Positions 50,001-61,780 of a stretch of 64,000 nt of DNA are shown piece by piece. Each line of letters starts with the position of its first letter. Position 1 is the stretch's first letter. A model generated the notes under the pieces. That model worked only from the letters and a program-made list of their open reading frames with translations, made no database searches and had not been told where the DNA came from. The stretch spans positions 7,316,001 through 7,380,000 of the forward strand of contig OU015567.1 in NCBI GenBank assembly GCA_907165135.1, written 5' to 3'. Both the position numbers and the translations under genes were made by a program. Origin of the DNA: Oikopleura dioica. Its lineage: Eukaryota; Animalia; Chordata.

Positions 50001-51565
50001 TTCTTTGAGCCACTCGTCAAGTGATCGGCAACATTCTAAAGAATTCTCTTTCTCAAATTGAAAAGAAAGAAAGTAAAAAAGACGGGGAGTAAAAATTACG
50101 GTGGATTAAGCGTGCGTGCTCCAGATGTAGCTTGGTGATTTGAGAAAATTATGGGGGTTGAACGAAACGATGAACAAAATCAAACGGCGGATCATTATGA
50201 GATTAACGATGAATTATGCGTTGTAATGAGTATAGCGCTCGTGAAAAACCGTAAAATGAGCTTTTGTTGGCATTTTGAAAAAGTACGCTTGAATAACGAA
50301 ATTCAAAGGATCTTTCGAATGAATTTTTTCTATAATTAAAAATTTGAAAGAATTTAACTTTTGAACTTGTCAAAGTACTCAATAAACGCTCTTTTATTTA
50401 CGATCGATTCAAGAGCTAAGTTAATTTTTGATGATGACAAATTAGACACAGAAACATTGATACAAGGTACTTCTGATTATTACCTTCTGATTCCTCTTTT
50501 CTTTAAAAAAATCTCTTTATTCTTCGGTACAAGGCTCTCTAGTAAGTGAGTGTATATTTCTTTTTCTGAATCCTAGTCTAGCTGCAAGATTTTTCTGACA
50601 CCTCAGCTCAGGGTTTTCAAGGTGAGCGTACTGTTTGTGAGATTTTGAAAAAAAATTTCAACGCTCGTGCTCACTCGAAAATAAACGGCAACCTGGGGGA
50701 AACAATGCCCCGGCGCCAGAGTTAAAATTACTCAAGCCAAGAGATGCGTGTCGCCCCCATCTGGACGTCATGATCAAGAGAGAAAAGGTAAACCCGCGGA
50801 AATTTCAATTTCCTCAAAATGGTCCTTGATCAAAAGACTCAAGTACCGTTTGGAGAAGCTCCTTTGATAGAAAACTAGACCAAGGGCCAAAATGTTATTC
50901 AAAACAAAAATACGATTCCCATGAAATTCGAAAAGAACTTGATGAGAATTTATTCGAAATCAAGGAAGAATTCCTTAGAATAAAAACTATTCCAAAAACT
51001 CCACGCTTTATTAGTAAACGTAAAAACAATTCAAGAAATGAGTAAGTTAATTATGCTTAGGTATGCGTTCAAAAGACCACAAGCGAAAATCGCTTCCTCC
51101 TTGGTTGTTACTTTCGTTTTTTTTCTTTACCTCTCATTAAATCTCCCGTTTCAGAACCACTGTTTCCTTCCTCTCATGTAAAAAGCTCGTCAGACATAAA
51201 ATAATATAAATCTATTCAGGTGACTTTGAAAAGTAAGATTTTTGAAGGTCGTCAAAAATGTGGCGTCGTTGTCGAGCTACTACATTTTATTACTATTGAC
51301 GATATTTATTATCACATTTGAAGATGTGATCTCATTTTCTGGTAGTTTTGCTTTAATCCCACGCGGATTTCCCCTTCTAGATCAATTACAATCTCCGGAA
51401 ACGAGCTGAAAGAATAGCTCCTTTCTTTCAAAGTGTCCTTTTTACAGTAGAATCGCTTGAAAAGGACAATAGAAATTCCTTTGGCAACTAGTTTTTCTCT
51501 TTTTATTTTTTAACATTAGTTATAGCAAAATAAGGAGAGTGAAGATTAATTTTACAGTAGTTGAA

Positions 51566-54500
51566 CTACTGGCCGTTTTGGCCGAAACGAACGGGAGCAC
51601 CAGTTGAGCCGGTCGAGTTTTGAAGCTTTTGGTAAAACGACGAGCGCCAGATTCCATCGCGAATGCGCGGTTGGAACTCTCCTTTGGGCACACCCGTGTA
51701 GAGGGGCCACTGGTTCGTGTCTTCCCGCTCTGGAGGGAGGTTCTTGTCGGGGAGAACTCCCAGAAGCGTTTTCGACCATTTCCACCTAAGAAAATAGATT
51801 TTAAATTCAGCTAGATGAGATCAAGGAGGAATGTGAGCACCCTAGAGCTAAAGAATTTCTCGAGAGATTACCATGGTCTCGATTTTCCTTTTGTGTCCGA
51901 TTCATTAAAGAGGCTTTGTTGTTGATATAGTACTGTTGCCATTCGCGTTGCGGGAAATAGTATTTCTCGAGCGCCTTGCGCGCCGCAAACTTCTCCGCCA
52001 GCTGGATCGACGGCCCGTGACCTTGAATAAAGAAAAGTAAGTTGAAACGACGTCAGATGTGCTCATAATACTAACGATCATAAATTATCAACGCTATTTT
52101 CGTAAATCATTTAATCGCCGAGTTTTACTTATTTCATTTGATCTCGTAAATCAAACGGATATTCATCAAAACCGAGCTTTTTCTTGTGGCTGCCTAAAGA
52201 AGATCGATATTTTTATATTTGTCTGGCTAGAACTTTTAATTTTTCGACCAGCTGTTAATATCAAGACATCACAAGAATTTTAACTAGATAGACAAACTCT
52301 TGAAAGTCAATCAATCTCACGAGACTACTCAATTTTGATCAACATCCTTTTGATTTACGAGATCAAATAAAATTGGCGAAACTCGGCGATGAACAAAATG
52401 ATTTACGAATAAAGATTGTTTCCGTCAAAACTTATTATTCAATAAACGGTACCTTCTCCGATTCTCTCGCCTCTGAAGTAGACTTCCACTCTGTAACGCA
52501 TCTTTGACGAGCTTGTAGAGCTAGAATTGTGTCTGTATTCTGGCAAGTCGGGAGATCCTTCCTCAGGGCGCAATGTGAGGCAACACTGTTGAAGACAGGA
52601 TTTAGGATCGTTCCAAACTTGGCTCATAATAAAGTGCTTCAATCGGGGATAGAAGCAGACTTTCATGAAAACGTCCACGGCAATTATTCCTTGATCTAAT
52701 CGAGTATTAATAAAGTCATTATGAATATAAATTTACCGATGAATAAAGCGCCAATGAAGGATTCCATCAAATCTGCGAGAATTTTTTGTTTCCAGCCCAT
52801 TTTATCTTGGTTTAGTGATTGGCGCGAAATGACAAACTTTTAAAAGTTTTCAAAAGAGTGTTAAATTAAGCATTTTTTTTCTGTCAAAATTTTATTGAAA
52901 CTAGCCTTATCGAGTCCAATTTGCTGGGCAACAAGCGCTTGGGTCGGTGCACCAACCATCGTACATCTCAATAATGTCAGATGCCCCTCATGGTGAAGTG
53001 GAAAGTGCTTGAATAGATATTCCGCGGCAAGAAAGTTGCAGATCGCGTCACCTAAAAACTCAAGCCGCTGATTGTGACCCTTTGTGATGTCATTATATTT
53101 GACGTTCTTGAGGGTGAGTGCTTTGGCGAGGAGGCGAATGTTCTTGAACTTGAGGCCGAGGAGATTCTCCAATTCTGCGCAGCGCTTGAGCACTTTTGAA
53201 GATTCAATCTTGGCTCGGTCGCCGTCCGGGAATTCTTGCTGAAGAGGATGAGCTGGGAAATTGAGCCAGATTCGTTGGAGACTTTCGTCGTCGAATAAAA
53301 CACGGGCGAGGAGGTGGCGAACGGGCTCGAGTCCGCCGTCCATGTAAATAGCACCGAGGACAGCTTCGAAGCAGTTGGCGAGGGCGTTGTTTAGATCCTC
53401 TCGTTTGGCAAGATCCTGGAGAGAATAAGGTTGGGATTTTTCGGAAGTAACAAACCTGGGAGTGGATGTAGACGAAGTAATCTTCTAGCGTCAATTTTTG
53501 CGCTAGAGCCGCGAGATGAACATTACAAACAAGGGCACATCTCAGCATTGAAAGCGCTCCTTCCCCGAGATGCGGAAACAGATGAAAGATGGAGACGGAA
53601 ACGATGAATCCTAACACAGCATCGCCGAGGAACTCCGGTCGCTCCAAATAGTTAATTGGACTTTCCTTCGGCTCGCTAGTTCCGAGCAATGCCATGACTT
53701 TTATCAACGTAACAATGCCCCTTTTCCGCTCGTACGGACGAGATGGTCCATCCTCGCCGTATTGCGGTTTCCTGATGCCGCAGTTTGTCGTGGAGTTACG
53801 CACGTGATCCGGGTTTTCGCCGTAATTGTAAACTGCTGATGGATGGGTCATCGCTCGCGTGAGCCAGGAGAGATTCTTGAATCGATAACCAAGGATTGTT
53901 TGAAGCGAGTCCAATGAGTGGATGTATCGGAAAATTGGGATAAAAACTTGATCAAAGAATTTGGAAAAAATATTTCAATTTGGAATCAAGGAAGAGAATT
54001 TGGATCCCTGCCTGATATGATGAGTTACGACGGGCAATAAAAATGCATGAGCCGCCATGTCCGGGAAAATACCGGTAAGTCGAAAGTTTTCGCAGGAGAT
54101 TTCGTTTGTAACTTCGCGCTGCATGTCGGCCATTCGGCGCATCTTCTGAAGAAGAACTTCCAAATCACGGATTTTTGACCAATGCTGTTCTTGAATACGC
54201 GGCTTGTTCGTAATTAAATGTCGGTATTTCTGATAGGTCCTGTACACTTTCTGATAAACAGGGTCGCCAGCGTAGCTCAAGTTCGCCGGACGCACGCCAA
54301 AGTGCACAATTATGGGCCAACGGTGTTCTTTGTTCGCAGCCCCGGTCATGGTTTTCTCCCGGTCGAGTTGGTCAAGGCGAATAGTAGAAGGCTTCTTGCC
54401 AGGGTTCGTGACAAGCTGACCTCGGAAGGTTTTGACAGGGTGGCTATTTTGGATTTGGGGGTTAGTTGGAATTGGATTGGATCCAATCCATTAAGGTTTG

Positions 54501-57500
54501 GATGGAATTTGGATGGCCTGGGTACCGGATTTTGTTGGGGAAAATTGGGCAATTGGGGGAAATTGGGGAATTGGATCCAATAAAAAATATCTCGCTAAAC
54601 TATGCAAAGCAGGGTCATTTTCATGATAAAAATGAACAATTTCGGATAAATAATCATTGTTTTGGCCATGTTGATCTTCTTTTCGGATTAAAACTTACTG
54701 TTTCCGTTCTTCTCAAAGTACTAAAAGCCTTGGAAAAATTGGAAATCCAATTGGATCTAATTGGAATTGGGGATTTTTGGGGAATTGGCTAATAATTGGA
54801 TTGGGTTGGATTTTGGATGGATAGTTACGACTCAAAATTTATTGGATGGAAATTGGATGGCCAGACCCCAAAATTTTGTCCAAAATAGCCACCCTGGGTT
54901 TTGATATAGTTTTCCCAGGTATTGAAATCCGATTCTTGAGAGAATTTTGAAAGATGTTATCCTTATCATTACGGACTATGTCTATAGAAATTTCTTATAA
55001 ATCAAATTTTGATACCAACAGGGTCTAATGTTCAGAATTATGATCGGCATTTGATGCGTGTTTTTTAATTCAGGTAACCCCGTAGGGTTAATCATCAGTA
55101 TGTGCCAGCCCTGAGACATAATCTCCCATTCGTTCTTGGCACGTAGTTTTTAGGTCAGTTCCATATCCGCAAGATAAATCTTCACCCAGATAGCGTCAAG
55201 TGTCCCTATCTATAATTTCATCATTCCTGACCCTATCAGGACTAAGGGAAGACGGAGTTTTCCTCCATTAGGAAATCTTATGGTCTTTCAAAACTCTTCC
55301 TAACAATCTAACGAGGTCATTTGGCTCAATCAGCGGCTTGTTACTGTCGATAAAATACTGCATAATCTGGTCCATTCCCAGCAATTCCAACTGATTGTCA
55401 AGTCCGCGTGATTCGAATCGGGGCAGGAAATAGAAAAATTTTTGGCTAAAAGATGATCCCGGCTCGATTTTGACACTAGGGTCGTTCGAGGGAGTGAGGC
55501 CTTCAATCCAATCGTAGAGTTCTAGTGTGTCTTTGAAGAAAAAGTCCGAGAATAGTTCCAGGTCGGCAAGGCAAAATGAGGTGGGGGCAGGTTCGGGAAG
55601 CAGGGTGATAGCGTGCTCATTGTGGTATCTAAAGATTGACACGGTAAGAATCAGAGGGGATGGTTTTATTCGACCTGGTGACTGGTATTGTTGGCACTTT
55701 TGACAAGTCCCGATGGGAGAAAATTGAATACCCGGCAAATCGGAATGTCTTGTTGTTGTAGCTGATTTTAGTAGTGATATGATCCTTGAAGGCAAAATTC
55801 TTGAGAGGACTGACAGTGATTCTATAGTGGAACAGCTTATCGAGGTTGTTGCTTTTGGCAGGGAGAGCGGGAGGCTGGATTTCTTGTGGATAGACGCCGT
55901 GGTTGATTCCGTGTTGCTGGTCCATTTCGCATTTGCACAAAGGGCCGTCGTTGGCCATTTTGGGCTCATTGTACCAGAGCTCGGCACACATGCGGTCCGG
56001 GTGATTCTTGATTGTTCTGATGTACTTGATCAGTTCGCCAGCTTTGTTGAGGATTTTCTTCGTGTCTCCTTGGAGCAGCGACTTTCTCTTCTTCTTTTCT
56101 GACTTGCCGAAGACGCCGGCTTTTTCCAAGTCCTTTCTGAACTCTTTGATAACTTGATAGCCTATCGTGTCTTCTTGGCCATCGGCAGCTTCTTCTAGCG
56201 CATCGTTGAGGGTATCTCCGTCGACCGTTTGGCTTTCAGTGGCAGTTTCTTCTTCTGTAGCAGCTTCAGTCTCTTCATTTCCATTTTCCTCGTTTGTTTC
56301 TAGGTCATCTTCGCATATGAGTAAATTAGTACCGTTGTCATCATCGGAATCGACATCTGAGAATTCATCTTGCTCGTTTTCAGGAGTTCCGGAGAGGATG
56401 GCCGCTCTTTTTCGTCGCAAAACCTGAAGAGAGAAAGTTCAGGGGGAAAACTAAAGCTGCATACCTTCGGAGCTTGCCAGGTTGAATCAGATTGGGCAGT
56501 GTGTCTTTGTGAAAGAGCTTGAAACTCTTCGCGGACAGGCTCAAGTGACGGCAAGCTCTCGCGCTTTTCAGTGAAATTCAGCAAGGGAGAATAGTTGTCC
56601 GTTGGTGCGGAGATAACTTTTTTATTCGCAACAGGTGCAGGAGGCGGTTTGGGAACACTTCCATGGAGGAGTTTTTTCTCGTAGTTTTCGCGATTCCTTT
56701 CTCTGTTTTCAGGTCTTGGAGAAGGGCTCTTGTTGGCACTTTCAATCTTTAAAATAAATAAAACGGAGCCCATTCCTTCGGGAACTTCCAGTTCTAGTGT
56801 CCCGATCTCTGTTCCTCGATCTACTCCTATCTCTAGTAGCATCTCCATTCATCATTCCATTGCGAGATCCAGATCTGGAATCTCTATCTCTTGAATTAGA
56901 GAAATCTCTCGAGCGTTTTCGGCTATCACTTCTCGGCTCTGGGAAGCCTAGTAAGCGTGAAACAAAGGAAAAGAAAAGTGATCAACGTACCATCGTCGAT
57001 TCGCTCGAGTTTGACTCTCACAGGAGCTCCTGAAAGTTGAGGCTCTTCTCCTGGTTCTGTTTTGACCCTAGCGGTTGGGTCGAAAGGGATGAAAGAAGAT
57101 CGGTCTTGCCACTCTTGGTCAGTGATGCGCTCGATTTTCACCCGCCCGTTAGTGCTACTTCTGCCTCTATTTTCCTGCTGGTCGAACGTTTCCTCTCGTG
57201 AGTGACCCCACTGTGGCAACTCTCGCGGTTCTCTAAATCTATCCACGCGAGCGTTGCCACTGTACTCATCACGGGAGGAGCTATTTCGCGAAGTTCTAGC
57301 GCAATTCTGAGGCTCAGAAGGGAAGCCTGGCTCTTCGAATTCGCGCTTGAGAATCGGTTTTTTAGAATTGGAATTTGTCGTGTTGGAACTGTTCGGGGGC
57401 GCTTGGAGCAGCTTGAGCGGTGGGGAGGGACTGTTGCTAGAAGAATCAGTGTTGGACACTTGAAGATTGTTGGAGGCGATGACGCAGGTGGCAATTTTTT

Positions 57501-57719
57501 TCATTGGCATATCGTGACGGCTTTTAGCAGTATAACGAACGGAAGCGTTTAGCGTGGGCAGTATTTGATTCTCACAGACTGACTGAAGAATAGTGTTGCT
57601 TTTCAAAAGAAAAAAGGAGAGCAAACCTTGGTGAAGAAAATGGTGCCATCAATGAATCCAAAATCGGCATCGAGGGCAGTGACGATCCCGACAAAAATAT
57701 CGCCACTGTCATTAGTCAT
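51566..57719 (-). CDS. DROSHA: Drosha ribonuclease III, apparently with an extra N-terminal S1-like domain
   Basis: ELWYNEP...NDGPLCKC, LFHYRITVSP, PIIVHFGVRPANLSYAGDP, two RNase III domains (ERPEFLGDAVL; NQRLEFLGDA), dsRBD (YRVEVYFRGERIGEG...GPSIQLAE). The 3' end is approximate. Confidence 0.95.
54436..54896. mobile_element. 461-bp hAT-like MITE inside a DROSHA coding exon
   Basis: 18-bp TIR CAGGGTGGCTATTTTGGA / TCCAAAATAGCCACCCTG; perfect 8-bp TSD GGTTTTGA at 54428-54435 and 54897-54904; ATTGG internal repeats. Confidence 0.95.
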
Positions 57720-58414
57720 TTCGCATTGATCTGAACTTGAGTTTTTTTTAAGAAAACAGAATACGAGGACTTGCATAAAGGAGTAGTTTATTTTGTCGTT
57801 TAAAAATTGAACCCTTTCAATATTTCAATATTTAGTAGTCATGAAACGATGGCGCGTTTTTTCTTTGGAACCAAGTTTAATTAGAAACTTTTTTAAAAAC
57901 GCTCAAAAGGCCCAAATTCTGCCCTGATTTTTGTATTTCAAACATGTTTTCGTCTTTGAAGAAGCAAAAAATGAGTTCTGTTGTAAGGAAAGTTATTTCA
58001 GGTAAATTCAAGTTCATTAGGTTTTTTATGAATAAAGACTTGCTCGTTCGGCAGTTGTTTTTTTTCTTAATTTGGGGCAGAATGAAAATAATAATGGATC
58101 ATTTTGGTCATGGCCTTTTTTCCAGTTAATTCTAGTGGAGAAGCATTGGAGACTCGTAATGGAAAAATATGATAACGGGTGGAAAATTGACGAAAACGGG
58201 AAGTAAAAAGGGTAAATTTTTGAAAACGCGGTTTTGAAATTGCCAATCGGCAAGTTACAGTAAGAAAAAACTTGTACAGTCGAGAAATAAAGCAAAAGAC
58301 TAGTACTGTAACACTTGTACTCCTACAATTGAGACGGTAGGTATGGAGTACCGAAAATAAACAGGCTGAGAAAACGCTCAATAGAACTATTTATGGGGCT
58401 AAATATGAGGGTTT

Positions 58415-59413
58415 TCAAAGCCTGCCGTTGATTCGGTTTCGTTGAAGTACACTTCTCACATCTTTTGTAAACCTCAGTGCATCTAACATGGGCAATAAAT
58501 TAAGTAAACATGTATCGTGCGGATCCTGAAAACGAAAATTAAGATCATTTATTGGAAAAACGAAGGACTTACGGAGAACCACGATTTGATGGGGACGGCA
58601 TTTTCGACATAGTGGCGATATGCGCCGGGACTATTGTCAAGGATGAAGACGGAAGATAGATCGCTATTTACTGTAGCCAGATCCTGAAGAAGATTTTTAA
58701 CTTTAGGTCTACCCGACGTTTTCGTACCTTTGTGTAGGAATGATACTCCATCCGGCAATCTTGTCGATAATATCGCCGTCTGAGTATCGTTTTGTGCGGA
58801 TCAAGCTTGTCGCAAACAGCTGAAAAAGGTTACAAATAATCATCATTAGCAAGTGAACCTGATCCATAAACTTCCATAGATGCGGTGAAGACAACCAGGT
58901 CATACCATTGAGAGACAGTTTGAAGAAAATAGTCGACATGTGGACGCTTGTAAACATAAAACGAAACGGGATGTGAGTCAATCACAACGTTCAAAATGAA
59001 GTCTGATGTTTTTGCTACAGAATATATTTTCACTTGGTTTTCAAAAATCCTCCTACTTGATCTAGCTGGACCTCCACGGCCAAGGCCATCGTGCTGCGAG
59101 TGGATGAGTGTCTCGTCAAGATCCAGCACTAGCGTTTTCCGCTTGACACCAGTTACGCTTAAGTTTCACATTAAGCAAAGCGAGAGGGGACAAGAACGTA
59201 CCGTTGAATTTCCGCAGGTTCTAGCGGTGCAAATCGATTGGGATATCTCAGCGTCGTAAACTGCTGAAACCATCTGATATTCCTGCTTGCCGTGGTGTAC
59301 AAGTACTTGATGACACCGACTATAAACATAATGGATCTGATACTGTAGACGAGTACTGTACTCATTAGTTGCAGCATCACCGTACTCCAGGACTTTAGCG
59401 ACGGGTCACCCAT
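58415..59413 (-). CDS. CTDNEP1: CTD nuclear envelope phosphatase 1 (Dullard)
   Basis: HAD motif [77 protein letters not shown]. Confidence 0.95.
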
Positions 59414-59610
59414 GGAAAACAAGAAATAACAATTAGAAAAAAACGCGATGAGCACCTCACTGGCGCTGCATTTTTTCTCTCTTTTTTAACCTTTTTTCTT
59501 TCGATAAACCTCTAAAAAGATGAATGCTCAAGAAAAATGTGAAGAAAACTTGGTTGTTTTTGAAGAAGAGGAATGTCAGAATAATTGGCTACCAGAAGTC
59601 TAAAAGGTGT

Positions 59611-60580
59611 CTAATCCTCCTTTATGGAAGAAGTGGAAGTTCCCAAGGAAAAAATTGTCGCTGTCCACAAAGGAAGAGCAATAGAAAGAACAAGTTGAAA
59701 GTTTGAATTTTCATTTTGAGTATACAACTCGATTTCGTCGAGTAAATCAAACGACGCGCCTGGGTAGAGAAATTCGTGTTTGGAAAATACTGCAATCGCG
59801 ATAATTAAAAGTGGGTGACTCAGAATCGTTAGAATCGCCGGAATTTTCTTGTTGTAAATTGGTAGAGACAGGAAACAAGCAGATAGGAGGAAAATCAGGC
59901 CTTGGCCGATACAGAGCAAGCATAAAATAGCAGAGAATGTTGCGTAAGCGAAGAGAGGGATAGAGGATTCGGCGGAGAGGGATTTCTTGCGACTGGAGAA
60001 CAAAGGGCCGATAGAAGCGAGGAGTACAATTGATAGCTGGGCGGTAATCGTTTTGTGGGGAAAAGAAGCGTATTTGACCAAAATCTCCATGAGGAAAAAT
60101 GATGATACTCCGCAAACTGCAACCCTTGATAAATGTGACAGGTCGAAATCACCAGCCTATGATTGTTTCAAAAGCGGATAATAATTTGAAAATGTACCTG
60201 ATTGCCAGTGTTCCAAGACTTGAGAACAGCCACTGCGGGAACGAGAAAAAGAAGTCCAGCGGCAGGCATGTAATATGAAATCGAGGAATAATTATTCACT
60301 GAGGAGTAAATGTAAAACCAGATCGAAGCGTGAAGTCTCTCCAGTAGATTATTCTCTGCCCGCAACAGGTGCTCAACAAGCCGTCCAAAATGCTCGTCCC
60401 CGTATAGTTTCTTACCCCCTTTTTGCTTATCCTAAACAGTAACAAATCTGTCAGCATATGATGTAAAATAGGGTCGGCCAAAAAAATTTTTTGATCTCCG
60501 ATTCTTTTGAAACCAGTTTCAGTGGATTCGCGGTGCTCAAAACCTCTATAAACCAAAAATTGCAGAGATCCGATGTTCCG
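59611..60580 (-). CDS. GPAA1: GPI transamidase subunit GPAA1, 3' portion only
   Basis: GRLVEHLLRAENNLLERLHASIWFY...SISYYMPAAGLL matches the Gaa1 NNLLERLHQSFF..SIG.YMP motif, followed by multiple TM segments; N-terminal half not found in the window. Confidence 0.8.
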
Positions 60581-61089
60581 GTCTCATTCAAGGGCATTTT
60601 TTCCAAAAATTGGGACTTGAATTTGACACACTTGCTAAAAAATTAAATTCACTATATATTCAAGGCAAATGAAATATTTGATGACAGAATATCATAGAGA
60701 AGGGTTCAAATTATACAGGTAGTGAACAGAAAAGAGATAGAAAACTCATGTACCATTTTTATGGAAGGGTGTTTTGTGCCAATTACCCTTATATATGGTT
60801 AACTCAGGTATTCATTCATTCATAAATCAATAAAAAAGATGTTTCAATCCCAAATTTTTGCTCGTAAGTTAGATTAAACACTAAGGAATAACTTTTCCCT
60901 TTCAGAATGCTTATATGAGTTGGGGAATTTTTTTAAATAATTTTTAAATAAAACTACTGGATATTTACGAGAACTTAAAAATGAAGAAAAAAGTCTTTTA
61001 AGAGGACAAAAAAGGTTCAAATTCTTATCTATATGCTTGAACGTTGATTAGAAATTATTAACTAGGTATTGTGTGGATATCACCAGTGA

Positions 61090-61780
61090 TATTCATGAGA
61101 GTCTATTAACAGAGGATCTGTTGGTGTCTATCTGTATCATTAAGAGGTCTTGAATGACCGTCAGCACTATAAATGTAGTTTCTAGTCCTTAAAATTACAC
61201 AAAATGTCTTTTTGAATTATGCTGACATCATCAGAAGTCCTGATACTGATACCTATGATCTGTAAGGTAATGTCTGTATTAGAAACGCTTAGTCAATGAC
61301 TCTGAAAATCGCATACATTCATAAACAGGGCTAAAAATGCCCAAAATGTCTTTTTGGATAATCCTCAAAGTATCAGAAGTCGTCAAACTGATACCTATCA
61401 TCTGTAAGTCAGTGTCTGTATTATAAAGGCTCAGTAAATGACTTCCAAAATTGCATACAGTCATTAACAGGGATTAAGATGCACAAGATGTCTTTGATAA
61501 TAATTCTCAAAGTATCAGAAGTCCTCAAACTGATACCTATCATCTGTAAGTCAGTGTCTGTATTATAAAGGCTCAGTCAATGACTTCCAAAATTGCATAC
61601 AGTCATTAACAGGGATAAAGATGCACAAGATGTCTCTGAGAATAATCATTTAAGTATCAGAAGTCCTCAAACTGATACCTATCATCTGTAAGTCAGTGTC
61701 TGTATAAGAAAGGCTTAGTCAATAACTCCGAAAATTGCATACAGTCATAAACAGGGTTTAAAATGCCAAAAATGTCTTTA
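61090..61780. repeat. 142-bp tandem repeat, ~5 copies with a degenerate left edge
   Basis: (T)ATCAGAAGTC anchor recurs at 61229, 61371, 61513 and 61655. Confidence 0.9.

Noticed and set aside
50600-51420. Possible small plus-strand multi-exon gene between GRIP and DROSHA
   Set aside because: Only short coding-like fragments (NAPAPELKLLKPRDACRPHLDVMIKREK); no consistent model could be built.
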